A stretch of 64,000 nt of DNA, from NCBI GenBank assembly GCA_030770535.1, contig JASVEC010000019.1, positions 310,001 through 374,000 on the forward strand, read 5' to 3'. Shown here piece by piece: positions 49,316 to 62,111 of the stretch. The first letter of the stretch is position 1; each line of letters begins with the position of its first letter. Position numbers and translations under genes: made by a program. The DNA is from Batkoa obscura. Taxonomy: Eukaryota. A model generated the notes under the pieces. It was not told where the DNA came from. It did not search any database and worked only from the letters and a program-made list of their open reading frames with translations.

Positions 49316-51004
49316 ATGATAGAAGACATAGCACAAGATGCAATTGAAATAAGTTCAGAAGATTTAAGTTCTACATCGAGTGAAGGAAAACAAATTACGC
49401 CTGAGATTAAAAATAAAGTTAAAAAAACCAAGCCAAAAATAAACGAAACCATTGTGCTTGAAGTAGATCTTGAAAAATCATATATTGTTAATGTACCAAA
49501 ATTATTATCCGAATATCAAAAACAACACGAAGTTTTAGAAAGTTCAGATACTGAGAGTGAATGCGAAGTAGAAGATGAATCTGAGGCCGATGAAGAAGTA
49601 GAGGAAAGTGAAACATCAATAGATACCGAAAATGACCAATTTTTTAATAAAATATTACAAAAAGCAGAAAGTTATGATGTAAGTTTTAGTATCCTATTTA
49701 TATATATATTTATTCGTCTTTTTTTAAAAGGCAGAAGATATTGGAGATTATGATTATTCAGATGATTTTATTGATGATAGTGAATTGATTTTACCTACAA
49801 AAAAAAAAGAAACCAAAGCAAAAAAAGTAGTTGTTGTATTAAATGATCAAGGTAATATCCTTACTGAGGAGGAAGAACAAGAATTTGATGAAAAGCAATT
49901 TTTTGTCTATCATGGACCACTTCCAAATAAAAAAGATGAGGATGCTAGGTAAATTAATTATTGATCTTATTTTATATATATTAATATACATCTATTAGTA
50001 TTAAAGCAGCTATTGATGAGTTGCCAAAAAAGAAAAAGCAGTCAGCTCCTAGAAGAACAATTAAAAAAGATACAAATCAAAATAAAGAAACTAAGAGTGA
50101 TGCTACTGTTACCTCAACAAAAAAAAGTAGCTCACAGCTTAAAGAATTAAAGAGTACCAGTGTAATAGATCCATTAAAGAAACATAAAGAATCAAAGAGT
50201 AGCAGCTATTCGAGTACAATAAAGAAGACGAGTCACAGTAAACAACAAAAAGATGGTCCTCTAGCAGCTACCGTCAAAAAAGAAAGCAGCGAAGGCAATG
50301 TGATACAACAACCAAGCAATTTAAGCGACAAAATGAATGATACAATAAAGCGTACACAAGTTAAATCAAGGATAAGCAGTAGTAAAGATGGTCATACAGT
50401 TAAACGACCTAAAGTTAGCCGTATAGTAAGTGACTCATTAAGTGCAGAAAATATTCAGCCAATAGAGAAATTAAGTACAAGTAAAGATCCTAATGTAATT
50501 AAGAAACCCAAAGTTAATCGTATAGTAAGTGAATCCCTAAGTGCTGAAACAAACCGACCAATTGAAAAAGCAAGTAGTAGTAAAAAAGTATCTAAAAAAA
50601 CAATGGAGCATAAACCAGTAATGAATAGAAAAGGAGCCGAATATTTAAGTTTTAATTCAAGGGAATTCAATACATTAATGTATATTGATGAAACTACAAG
50701 TCCTCATGAAGTTATTAATAGAGATACATTAAAAAAACAAATAAGTAGACCAAAAATTACCACGTCCAATATGAATCGACCATTTAACACTCATACCTCA
50801 CAACAGAGTAGATTAAATATGATTCATCATGAACCAATAACAAAACATAACAGGGATACTTTTGCTAAATTAAAGAATAATGAAACTTTTCGTCAACCTA
50901 AAGATATCAACATATTGAATCCAATTAATGAAGATAAGTATATTAAAAATAAGCATAATGATAAACTAGATAACTTAAATAGCAATAGGAGTTTTTTAGA
51001 TTAA
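49316..51004 (+). CDS. HPC2/ubinuclein HUN-domain protein (HIR histone-chaperone complex subunit-like), 3 exons (49316-49678, 49731-49948, 49999-51004)
   Basis: Exon 2, absent from the ORF track, encodes GDYDYSDDFIDDSEL...QFFVYHGPL, matching the HUN motif. The N-terminus is acidic and the tail is Lys/Ser-rich. Confidence 0.78.
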
Positions 51005-51815
51005 AGGTTTTGGTATAATGTTTATAACAAAAACAAACATGATGGAATTGAATGATTTATCGCTTTTTAATGCTCAATTAATTTTTTGCTATTTTTGGAA
51101 ATAAGATCTGCAGATTTAAATTTTGGCACTTGGTACCTGTTTATCAAAATATTAAATAAAAGATGATAGTATATATTTAGCTTTATTTTCTTTATTTTCA
51201 CGATGATAAGTATAAAAGGATGTTTAAAATCATCAGCATAGTAAGTTTAAAAGTTCTCTTATTAATCTTTTCGGTTTTTAATAACTTAATACATATTAAA
51301 CTTTGAGTTTTCAACTATCTATTAAATTTTTTTGAATCTCTATTAGACTAATATATTAATTTTTATAATCATTTATTTTTATTATATTTATAAAAAAACT
51401 TAAAAGTTAAATACTACCGCAGCCTAACATTAGCTCTTTTACAATTGAATTTTGAGCAGTATATTTTATAATTTTCAATTAAATTATAAAAGGATTTTGA
51501 CCAAAATGATATACTAAATGCTTTGGTCACTATTCGGATTAAATTAAATACTAAAAATTATCGAACATGTATATTATATCAATATATATCTTTAAAGTAT
51601 GTGCCAATCATTATAACGCCTTAATCGTTATATAGAGGAGCTAACTAGTATATTTAGTAGGCATTTCAAACTATCACAACTTAATCTTTCGCATATTATT
51701 GTAAAAATATATCAAACTAAATTAGTAATAATAAATAAAGTAAAACTGACTTTTTATTTATAAAACCATATATTTTACTAAATTGAAATATCGCAATAAT
51801 CTCTCATTGAAAAGT

Positions 51816-52757
51816 TTAGTAGCATTGTGCATTACCAGCAGTACCTCTACAAGTAGTACCATCAGCACATGGGTTAGACCAAAGTGATTTGTTGAAGCAC
51901 ATGGCAATTGTTGAACCATTGAGACAATACATTTTACCATCTTCACAAGTTGATGGATCTGGTTTTTGTGGGTTGCCAGTTGGCTCAGGTTTAGACTCAA
52001 TTTGTGTTGCGGTGGAAGTTACTACTGGCTTAGTTTGGACCTCAGTTTGACTTTGACTTTGACTTTGACTTTGAGTCGAGGTTTGAGTTTGGGTCTGAGT
52101 AGTAGAAGGTTTAGGATCAGGTTTAGGATTTGGGTCAACATTAGATCCGTTTGGTGAAACAGTGATCATAGGTTGTTTATCAAATAAATCTTTACCATAA
52201 TCATCTTTGAATCCTGCTGGGAATGTAGTATATCCAGGTAAGTTAGCAACTAACATTTGTGGTCCAGTGATCTTTCCATTGTTTGATCCTCCATTGATTT
52301 CAATATCCATACAATTCATATAATACTCACGATTACCGGTTCTGTTAATCCAAGTCCATGCTAAAGTAGCTTTTCCATTTGGTGCATCTTGTGGTAATGG
52401 TACTTGATAGTTTAATCCACCGGTTAAACAATTACCCATCACAGTTTTTAAGACAGCAAAGTTCTTATTATCATAAGTAATAGAAAATTGGCAGTGACCA
52501 CCATCGTGCTTTGCATGTCCATCAATTGTTACTGGAATAGAGCTTCCAGCATTAAATGATCCAGAAGTTGGTCCTGGGCCATAGCCTCTACATGGGAAAC
52601 TAAATCGACCACCTAATGGTGATCTCATATCATAGTCAACAGGTCCCTTATTACCAGCTAAATACTTAGAACGCCTTGGGGCGGGGCTGGTAACTTCCAT
52701 ATGTCCCAAAACAGTAGCAAGAGAGGCTAAAGCAATGATAGAATTTATAAGTTGCAT
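51816..52757 (-). CDS. AA11-type chitin LPMO with TQ linker and C-terminal chitin-binding module (copy 1)
   Basis: Signal peptide followed by N-terminal His (HMEVTSPAPR), second His HDGGHCQFS, WTWINRTGNREYYMNC, and C-terminal CEDGKMYC..CFN..CADGTTC. The true ATG is at 52757. Confidence 0.92.
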   Translation of the reverse strand: MQLINSIIALASLATVLGHMEVTSPAPRRSKYLAGNKGPVDYDMRSPLGGRFSFPCRGYGPGPTSGSFNAGSSIPVTIDGHAKHDGGHCQFSITYDNKNFAVLKTVMGNCLTGGLNYQVPLPQDAPNGKATLAWTWINRTGNREYYMNCMDIEINGGSNNGKITGPQMLVANLPGYTTFPAGFKDDYGKDLFDKQPMITVSPNGSNVDPNPKPDPKPSTTQTQTQTSTQSQSQSQSQTEVQTKPVVTSTATQIESKPEPTGNPQKPDPSTCEDGKMYCLNGSTIAMCFNKSLWSNPCADGTTCRGTAGNAQCY

Positions 52758-53738
52758 GATTAAAGTTGTATTGGTTTTAATTCTCACAGAGAAACAGAAA
52801 TTGAACTTTGATAATGTATGATGTCCTTTTTTTATTGCTTATATACTATTCTGTCAAGTACCTTGCTGTACCATGGTTATGGTGTTAATAATTAGCCCTG
52901 ATAACTCAAAGTTATTTTAAATTTTGAAGTACCATATTGGTACAACTTGTTCTTTGTAAGCCCCTTGTGTTAATAAATTAAAACTTAATTAGATTTTTGA
53001 CTATATAGTTAAACTACATTTTAGATTGATTTTTTATTAATTTAGATAAAAACTAAAATCAAGATAGTAGTCTAAAGTAATAAATATATTTATATTTGTG
53101 TTTAAATTAAAGGTTTAAAAATAAATTAACTAACAACTTTTAATGTTATTTATATAAACCTCAATATTTTCATCAAAGTCAAATCAAAGAAATATTAGAT
53201 ATCCTCTTCAAAAGTCGATTTAAAAATCATAGCTATTCAATGTATTTGATTTAAAGAATATTCACTAATGTAATTTTTAAAATTACTATTAAAATAAATT
53301 AAACATAATTTTTCCTACATGGAGCTAAAAGCATGATAAACTAAGTGCTTTAAACAATCAGAAACCCTTAAAACTATTTAACATGCTTAGTCTATGATGC
53401 TTTCAAGCTATGTAAGAAAATCCATGCTTAAGCTGTTCTAGGATTAACGTTATAACTTATATTCATAACCTATTTTTATAAATTTTGAGCTATTTAATAT
53501 TTTGATGTCAACAATGTAAAATTGAAAGTCAAATTTTTATCAAAATGCAGGGACCCTGTCAAAAAAGTATTTTTCAATAAGAATTATTGCACTATTAAAA
53601 CTCTGCTTTTATTTAAATAACTCAATTGATTAACTCTGAGGTATTAATGCTTTTTTTCCTATAATGTTTTATAAAACAGTTTAATTGGTTTCTATATTTT
53701 CTTTAACAAAATATTAACTTAAAGATCAAAATATAGAT

Positions 53739-53922
53739 AAGGATGTATTTTTTTGTTTAAGAATTTTACTAGCAATCTTTCTACTTAAATAGCGCTTAAA
53801 AATGGAAAAACAAATGAATTCCAAAGAATATATGAGGATGTTTTTTGGTTTTATTACTTTTCCATTTTTAAGCGCTATTTAGCGGGAAAATTCTTAGTAA
53901 AATTAGATAAAAAACATTTATA
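53739..53922. mobile_element. Two adjacent, oppositely oriented decayed MITE copies
   Basis: Family core on each strand (~53739-53828 and ~53834-53922). Confidence 0.75.
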
Positions 53923-54163
53923 CATAAAAAAATTAGAGTACTTTTGCGGTTTTATAAATCACTATAATATTAACTATATTAACAAGAGGTAAATTCATAT
54001 CATAACATGTTCAAATATAGGATCGAGTTTATTAATTAATATTATGCTTTATTTGCATTATTAAGAATTTGCCGTTTTAAATTAATTGTCCTGTACCATA
54101 ATAATACTAGCACGTAATTTCAATAAAAAATATTCGTTAAAGCAAGCGGCAATAGTAGTATAA

Positions 54164-55009
54164 TTAAGCTTTACATTTTACCTTCTTTACAATATTATAA
54201 ACGTTTTTATGTGGTTGAGCAGTTGGTTGTAGTTCGGGTTTGACTTGTATTGGGGTTGAGACTACTACTGGTTTATTTTGAATTTGAGTTTGTTGTGGTG
54301 AAGTTTGGGTTTGGGCCTCAATTTGAGTTGAAGTTTGAGTTTGGGCCTGGGTAGTAGAAGGTTTAGAATCAGGTTTAGGATTTGGGTCAACATTAGATCC
54401 GTTTGGTGAAACAGTGATCATAGGTTGTTTATCAAATAAATCTTTACCATAATCATCTTTGAATCCTTCTGGGAATGTAGTATATCCAGGTAAGTTAGCA
54501 ACTAACATTTGTGGTCCAGTGATCTTTCCATTGTTTGATCCTCCATTGATTTCAATATCCATACAATTCATATAATACTCACGATTACCGGTTCTGTTGA
54601 TCCAAGTCCATGCTAAAGTAGCTTTCCCATTTGGTGCATCTTGTGGTAATGGCACTTGATAGTTTAATCCACCGGTTAAACAATTACCCATCACAGTTTT
54701 TAAGACAGCAAAGTTCTTATTATCATAAGTAATAGAAAACTGACAATGACCTCCGTTATGTGCGGCGCCCCCACCAATGGTTATTGGAATAGAGCTTCCA
54801 GCATTAAATGATCCAGAGGATGGTCCTGGACCGTAACCTCTACATGGGAAACTAAATTGACCACCTAAAGGTGAACTCATATCATAATCGATTGCTCCTT
54901 TATTTCCAGTCAAATGTTTAGAACGCCTTGGGGCTGGACTAATAACTTCCATGTGACTGTAAATGGTACCAAAGCTAGATAAGACAATAATGGAATCTAC
55001 AAATTTCAT
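54164..55009 (-). CDS. AA11-type LPMO (copy 2): catalytic domain intact, C-terminal binding module decayed
   Basis: His brace motifs are intact. The ORF stops after the linker, and out-of-frame remnants CKEGKM* and TTIAACFN follow. Confidence 0.85.
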   Translation of the reverse strand: MKFVDSIIVLSSFGTIYSHMEVISPAPRRSKHLTGNKGAIDYDMSSPLGGQFSFPCRGYGPGPSSGSFNAGSSIPITIGGGAAHNGGHCQFSITYDNKNFAVLKTVMGNCLTGGLNYQVPLPQDAPNGKATLAWTWINRTGNREYYMNCMDIEINGGSNNGKITGPQMLVANLPGYTTFPEGFKDDYGKDLFDKQPMITVSPNGSNVDPNPKPDSKPSTTQAQTQTSTQIEAQTQTSPQQTQIQNKPVVVSTPIQVKPELQPTAQPHKNVYNIVKKVKCKA

Positions 55010-56438
55010 GATTAAAGTTGTTTGGTTTTTAACTCTCGTAGATTAATGGAACATAAACTTTGATATTGATTAATGTATTTTCATTAGTTTATATAGTATG
55101 CTAATAAATATCTCATTCTACTATGATAATAGTGAGAATAATTAGCTCTAATAACTCAATTATATTTTTAGCCACTAATTATCACTCCAGCATGAATATC
55201 TCTTGATAAGCTGCTTATATTAATAAATTTTATATTGGTTAAATTATCCATTATTTTTCAATTCGGATTTTAAATTAATATTATATTACTTAAATGTGTA
55301 AACTAATATACTAATCAAAATTTAATTAAAATCAATGTTTATTAAGCTTAAACCTTTAATTTAATGAAATTAATTATAGTTTTAAGCTATTGTTAAATAA
55401 ATCTTTCTATTTTTAAAGTAACAAAATTAAAGGATAACACCAAACGGGTTAAATTTGATTCATAGCTTCGAAGCTTATTGTTCCAAAACTCTTGGTAAGT
55501 TTAATGTTGATGTAAAAAATATTATCCTATCCCTCTACCATGTGAATGTTTTGAGCATGATTATAAACTATTATAATGCTTAAATTCGATTGAGTTATTT
55601 AAACGATAATATACAAAGACGGAAAAGACCCAAACATTTTGAAATCTTACTATTTTTTTATTTTATAAAAAAAGTATTGTATATTTAAACACGTCTTTTA
55701 ATAATATTTAAATAGAACAAAAAATACAACTTAATCTAAAATTACAATGACAGTGTTTGAATTTCTAAGCAACAATGATTTTACTACATAGAAATTATAG
55801 TTAAAAGTCTTAGAAGCTCAAATATTTAATATTTTCGTATCCTCTGTATCGATGACACAAAAGCGAAATCAGCTTTTTTCTAAAGGAATAGGGGATGCCT
55901 TCCAATTTCCTGTTTTCCAATAAAAACTATTACGGCACTGGAGTTCATTAATACTATTTCATTCAATTAAACCAGGGTATATTACAAGCTCCTTTATTTA
56001 TTATTTCCTTTACTTTTCTTTTTCATATTTTTTAGTGCTTAAAGGAAGGATGGCTTTTATGTTTTATGTATAAATACACTTCACCTACAAAAATAAATTA
56101 ACTGAAACATGATATTTTTATTTACTGCTTTATTTGAACTCAGTTGGTTTCATTTACTTGCACATTACCGCTTTCTATGATATATTTGTAATAAGAAGCA
56201 CCGAATTTAATAATGATATAAGATACCAACCATGTTAAAAATAATAAGTCTTTGATAAAAATATTAAAAGTCAAGAAGTCTTAATATAATAAAGACTTAA
56301 TGCTTTTATCCAATTTCAACAGTACTGATAATGTGATTAATTTAAAAAAAATCAAAATGCGAACTGTCCTTAGACTCAAAGAAATTATAAAGTGTTAAAT
56401 GAGATTACACTTAGATAATAGATGCAAATGAATAATAT

Positions 56439-56532
56439 GGGGATGTATTTTTCAAGAATTTTACTAACAATCTTTCCGCTTAAATAGCGCTTGAAAAATG
56501 GAAAAAACAATGAAGTCAAAAAAAACACTCCC
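56439..56532. mobile_element. MITE family copy
   Basis: GGGG...TCCC with ATAT flanks. Confidence 0.88.
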
Positions 56533-56750
56533 ATATAGTTTTAGTACTAATATCTGATTTCGAAATACACTAGAAATATTAGGCTAAAATTAGCCAAAAG
56601 TTCCTTTATGAAGCGAATAATATTTTATATTTTATATAGAATGTTTAATAAGAATGTAAAAAGATCATGTTATGGACAAATAAACTTTATTAATTTTGAG
56701 GAATTTGATAATCACAGATATATCAAATTAAAATAATTCAACTAAATAGC

Positions 56751-57674
56751 CTAATAACATTGTGCGTTACCAAGAGCCCCTTTGCAAGTAGTACCATCAG
56801 CACATGGGTTAGACCAAAGTGCTTTGTTGAAGCACATGGCAATTGTTGAACCATTGAGACAATACATTTTACCATCTTCACAAGTTGATGGATCCGGTTT
56901 TTGTGGGTTGCCAGTTGGCTCAGGTTTAGACTCAATTTGTGTTGCGGTGGAAGTTACTACTGGTTTAGTTTGGACCTCAGTTTGAGTTTGAGTTTGAGTT
57001 TGAGTTTGGGTCTGAGTAGTAGAAGGTTTAGGATCAGGTTTAGGATTTGGGTCAACATTAGATCCGTTTGGTGAAACAGTGATCATAGGTTGTTTGTCAA
57101 ATAAATCTTTACCATAATCATCTTTGAATCCTTCTGGGAATGTAGTATATCCAGGTAAGTTAGCAACTAACATTTGTGGTCCAGTGATCTTTCCATTGTT
57201 TGATCCTCCATTGATTTCAATATCCATACAATTCATATAATACTCACGATTACCGGTTCTGTTAATCCAAGTCCATGCTAAAGTAGCTTTCCCATTTGGT
57301 GCATCTTGTGGTAATGGCACTTGATAGTTTAATCCACCGGTTAAACAATTACCCATCACAGTTTTTAAGACAGCAAAGTTCTTATTATCATAAGTAATAG
57401 AAAACTGACAATGACCACCATTATGCATAGCACCTCCTCCTATTTTCACTGGAATAGAGCTTCCAGCATTAAATGATCCAGAAGTTGGTCCTGGGCCATA
57501 GCCTCTACATGGGAAACTAAATCGACCACCTAATGGTGAGGTCATATCATAGTCAACAGGTCCCTTATTACCAGCTAAGTGTCTAGAACGTCTTGGGGCG
57601 GGGCTGGTAACTTCCATATGTCCCAAAACAGTAGCAAAAGAGGCTAAAGCAATGATAGAATTTATAAGTTGCAT
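56751..57674 (-). CDS. AA11-type LPMO with chitin-binding module (copy 3)
   Basis: Same motifs as copy 1. Confidence 0.92.
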   Translation of the reverse strand: MQLINSIIALASFATVLGHMEVTSPAPRRSRHLAGNKGPVDYDMTSPLGGRFSFPCRGYGPGPTSGSFNAGSSIPVKIGGGAMHNGGHCQFSITYDNKNFAVLKTVMGNCLTGGLNYQVPLPQDAPNGKATLAWTWINRTGNREYYMNCMDIEINGGSNNGKITGPQMLVANLPGYTTFPEGFKDDYGKDLFDKQPMITVSPNGSNVDPNPKPDPKPSTTQTQTQTQTQTQTEVQTKPVVTSTATQIESKPEPTGNPQKPDPSTCEDGKMYCLNGSTIAMCFNKALWSNPCADGTTCKGALGNAQCY

Positions 57675-58355
57675 GATTAAAGTTGTATTGGTTTTAATTC
57701 TCACAGAGAAACAGAAATTGAACTTTGATAATGTATGATGTCCTTTTTTTATTGCTTATATACCATTCTGTCAAGTACCTTGTTGTACCATGGTTATGGT
57801 GTTAATAATTAACTCTAATAACTCAACTTAATTTTTGAGATTAAAATGTCATTAGTATAAATTATTCTTGGTAAGCCCCTTGTACTAATAAATTAATAAC
57901 TATCTAAATTATCGATTAAACTATTAAGAAAATTAATCTGATGTTCATCACTTAAGTAAATTTTAAATTACATGTCAACCAAAGTTAATGTTTATATTTA
58001 TAGTGCTATACCACTTTAGTAACAACTATAATTTTTAAATATTAAATTCGTTGCGTAAACCTCATTATTTTCACTAAAAGCAAGTTGGAGAATAATACCA
58101 AGATTCGCTGTAATGGTCGATTTGGAGACAATATATTGTAGAAAATATTAATAGTTTAATATATTTGATTTAAATAATAGTCAACGACGCAACTTTTAAT
58201 ATTAATATTCTAAGCATAGTCATAAACTATTTCTTTGAGATTTCAACTGAGCTATTTAATATTTTAATATACCAATAATGTAAAGTCGAGTATCAAATTC
58301 TAATCAAAATAAACAGGGACCTTATCAAAAAAATTATTTTCCAAAATCTAACATT

Positions 58356-58453
58356 GAAGATATTTTCTTTGGCTTCATCACTTTTTCTATATTTTAAGCG
58401 CTATTCAAAGTGGAAAAATTGCTAGTAAATTTCAAACATAAAAATACATCCCC
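58356..58453. mobile_element. MITE family copy
   Basis: Family core and CCCC end. Confidence 0.8.
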
Positions 58454-58660
58454 GTTATTGGAGCCCATTTATTCTAAATTTATAAACTTAATTGATTGAC
58501 TCAATACTACAAGCTCTTTTATTTATTATAATTTCATTTGTTTTTTTGATATATCATATCATATCATATCTTGTAAAACCAAAACGTTCTTTTCTTTTAT
58601 AGATTTACTTGGACTTATACAATCAAGCTTAGAGAATTACAATACAATATATACAATTTC

Positions 58661-58706
58661 ATTTTATTTTATTTATTTATTTTATTTATTTATTTTATTT
58701 TTTATT
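58661..58706. repeat. (TTTA/TTTTA)n simple repeat
   Basis: Seen directly in the sequence. Confidence 0.8.
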
Positions 58707-59206
58707 CTGTTCCATTGATTTCATTAACATTTTGTTTTATTTATTTACTACCATTACTTTTATTCAATATATTTACAGAGTGAAGTACAAATTTATAGGT
58801 ATGCAAAGCATTAAGGCTGTATTATCTATATTAAAAAACCAAAGATGAAATTTTCTAATGTGCTAAACAATTAGTATCTTTGTCAATTGAAAACAGTATA
58901 GTTAAAGTAGGTATATCCAAATTACTAATTATATGAGTGTATTAAAAAAAGCAAGATTTTCTATATTATATTTAAACAAAACATTGTTAACTAATATAAT
59001 AAAGAATGGGATGTTTCTTATCACCAATATCCTACTTATACATTCGAATTAGTAAATTAATATTGAATGCAGGAGTAAATTTATAAATTTAAATCATGTT
59101 TACTTAAAATGAAAAAAGACTATATTATGGATAAATACATTTTATTGATTTTGGATAAATTTGATTATCACAGATACATCAAATTTAAAGTGATTTTTTG
59201 TATAAT

Positions 59207-60136
59207 CTAATTACATTGTGCGTCGCCCAAAGTCCCTTTGCAGGTAGTACCATCAGCACATGGGTTAGACCAAAAAGTTTTATTGAAGCACATAGCAATT
59301 GTTGAACCATCAAGACAATACATTTTACCATTTTCACAAGTTGATGGATCCGGTTTTTGTGGGTTGCCAGTTGGCTCAGGTTTAGGTTCAATTTGTGTTG
59401 GAGTAGAAGTTACTACTGGTTTAGTTTGGACCTCAGTTTGAGTTTGACTTTGAGTCGAGGTTTGAGTTTGGGTCTGAGTAGTAGAAGGTTTAGAATCAGG
59501 TTTAGGATTTGGGTCAACATTAGATCCGTTTGGTGAAACAGTGATCATAGGTTGTTTGTCAAATAAATCTTTACCATAATCATCTTTGAATCCTTCTGGG
59601 AATGTAGTATATCCAGGTAAGTTAGCAACTAACATTTGTGGTCCAGTGATCTTTCCATTGTTTGATCCTCCATTGATTTCAATATCCATACAATTCATAT
59701 AATACTCACGATTACCGGTTCTGTTAATCCAAGTCCATGCTAAAGTAGCTTTTCCATTTGGTGCATCTTGTGGTAATGGCACTTGATAGTTTAATCCACC
59801 GGTTAAACAATTACCCATCACAGTTTTTAAGACAGCAAAGTTCTTATTATCATAAGTAATAGAAAACTGACAATGACCACCATTATGCATAGCACTTCCT
59901 CCTATCTTTATTGGAATAGAGCTTCCAGCATTAAATGATCCAGAGGATGGTCCTGGACCGTAACCTCTACATGGGAAACTAAATCGACCACCTAATGGTG
60001 AGGTCATATCATAGTCAACAGGTCCCTTATTACCAGCTAAATGTCTAGAACGTCTTGGGGCGGGGCTGGTAACTTCCATATGTCCCAAAACAGTAGCAAG
60101 AGAGGCTAAAGCAATGATAGAATTTATAAGTTGCAT
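59207..60136 (-). CDS. AA11-type LPMO with chitin-binding module (copy 4)
   Basis: Same motifs as copy 1. Confidence 0.92.
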   Translation of the reverse strand: MQLINSIIALASLATVLGHMEVTSPAPRRSRHLAGNKGPVDYDMTSPLGGRFSFPCRGYGPGPSSGSFNAGSSIPIKIGGSAMHNGGHCQFSITYDNKNFAVLKTVMGNCLTGGLNYQVPLPQDAPNGKATLAWTWINRTGNREYYMNCMDIEINGGSNNGKITGPQMLVANLPGYTTFPEGFKDDYGKDLFDKQPMITVSPNGSNVDPNPKPDSKPSTTQTQTQTSTQSQTQTEVQTKPVVTSTPTQIEPKPEPTGNPQKPDPSTCENGKMYCLDGSTIAMCFNKTFWSNPCADGTTCKGTLGDAQCN

Positions 60137-62111
60137 GATTAAAGTTGTATTGGTTTTAATTCTCACAGAGAAACAGAAATTGAACTTTGATAATGTATGA
60201 TGTCCTTTTTTTATTGTTTATATACTATTCTGTCAAGTAGCTCATTGCACCACGACCATGAGATCAATAGTCACCTCTGACGACTCAAATTTATTTTAGT
60301 ACTAAGTTAATCATATTGCCATAAGCTATTCTTGGCAAGTTCCTTGTACTAATAAATTAAAAACTACCTAAATTATCAAATATTTTCAAGCCAAATTTTG
60401 AACATTTTATCAAATATTTTAGGGCATAAGTCGATGTGAAAATTTTTACCTACTAACATGCAATTTATTATTTTAATACTAACCTCAATCGTATAGCTTC
60501 AATATTAATTATATAAATCATGGTTTTACAAAAATCAAACTAAAGGATGGTGCTAAAGGGGCTCAATTCAACACCAATTATAAACCAATCATCCTAAAAA
60601 ACTATTGGTAAGTTCAGTATTCATTATATGAATATTCCTTTACATCAGGATTAATTTATATATTTTAAGCATATTCGTAAAGTATTATATTATTTCACCT
60701 TTAATTGAGCTATTTAATACTGTAATACATGGAGGTGAAAAATAGCCCAAACTTTTTAAAATTTTCTTTTTTTAGCAATATATTTTAACTAATAAAATAA
60801 AAACTTATGAGGCTAATAAAAAAATAGTTTAAAATTTCATAAGTGACTAGATTTTATCAAATGAAAAATATAAATTCAACTTCAAAGTTATTTTCCCACC
60901 TACTATATCGATTGCGCAAAAATGGAATCAAATTCTCTTAGAAAAGAATAGAAGTAGCATTGAATTGCTCCTTTTTTCAATAAAAAAATATTGCGTCACT
61001 GAAGTACAAAGCAATTAACTACATTGGCTCATAAGTATTGTGAGCTTTTTATTTACTCTATTCTTAAACTTTCTTTATTGTACTTTTCTCTCTGAAAAGG
61101 TAGGATAGCTCCTGTGTTTCTTTATAAATATAATTAAACTTTTTATACAAAGTAAAATAAGGAAATTAACTATAATACAACACTCTGTTTCCCTTTTGTA
61201 TTTTTATTGTAAATATGTATTTCGCTACTTTTACACGCTGTTTATAGAAGCAAAAAGTAAGGAATTTAATGATTATATATAAACTACTAAGGCTATGTTA
61301 TTTGAATGAGACAAGACGTGTAAAGACATTATGTATAAAAAAATCATAGATCAGGTAGCTGATTTCTTTATTAGTTTAAAATAACACAATTAGATTGAAT
61401 AGTCTAAAGTGGTTTTAATATGTGAGTTGCCTTTTTTGAATCGGTTTGTTCTAAGATGTTTTGTAAAAATATAAATATTTAGATGGAAAAGAATAGCTTA
61501 AATTTTAGTGCCTAAATCTATTTGTTAGGTTTTCTATATATCCTGTCGCGAAAATTTAACCCTAAGAGAAGTAATGTTTAGCTAAAATAGTAACTTTAAT
61601 TCTTAAGTTTTTTAACAAAGTGTTAATTTTTATCTAAAATCAATTTTTTGTGGGATGAGATTAGTTTTATTAGTGATTTTTTCAATTAAGACATTTTTCT
61701 GAGGAATATTGGTAATATTATGACAAGTAACTTTTATGTTGCAACCTGTCACCCTCACTATAAAGTTTTACAAATTTTTTCACTTCATGACAAGATATAC
61801 GAAAAAATATAATACAGAGATCAATATGAAAAACATGTTAGGTTGATTCTTTACACCCATGAGCTTAAACTCTTTATTGTTTCCCTAATATAGTAGATAA
61901 ACTTTGATACAAGTAAACAGTATGTTAGATATGTATATTCTAAAAATTTAATAAAACCAAATAAAAATTAATTAATAAGTTTAATTATTTAAATACATCT
62001 AAATCGAGTATTTATTAAAACGACAAAAATATATGAACGAGTTATGCCTTGTTGATTAAAAAGAATTGATAATCACAGATATATCAAATTTAAAATATTC
62101 AACTATAGTAT

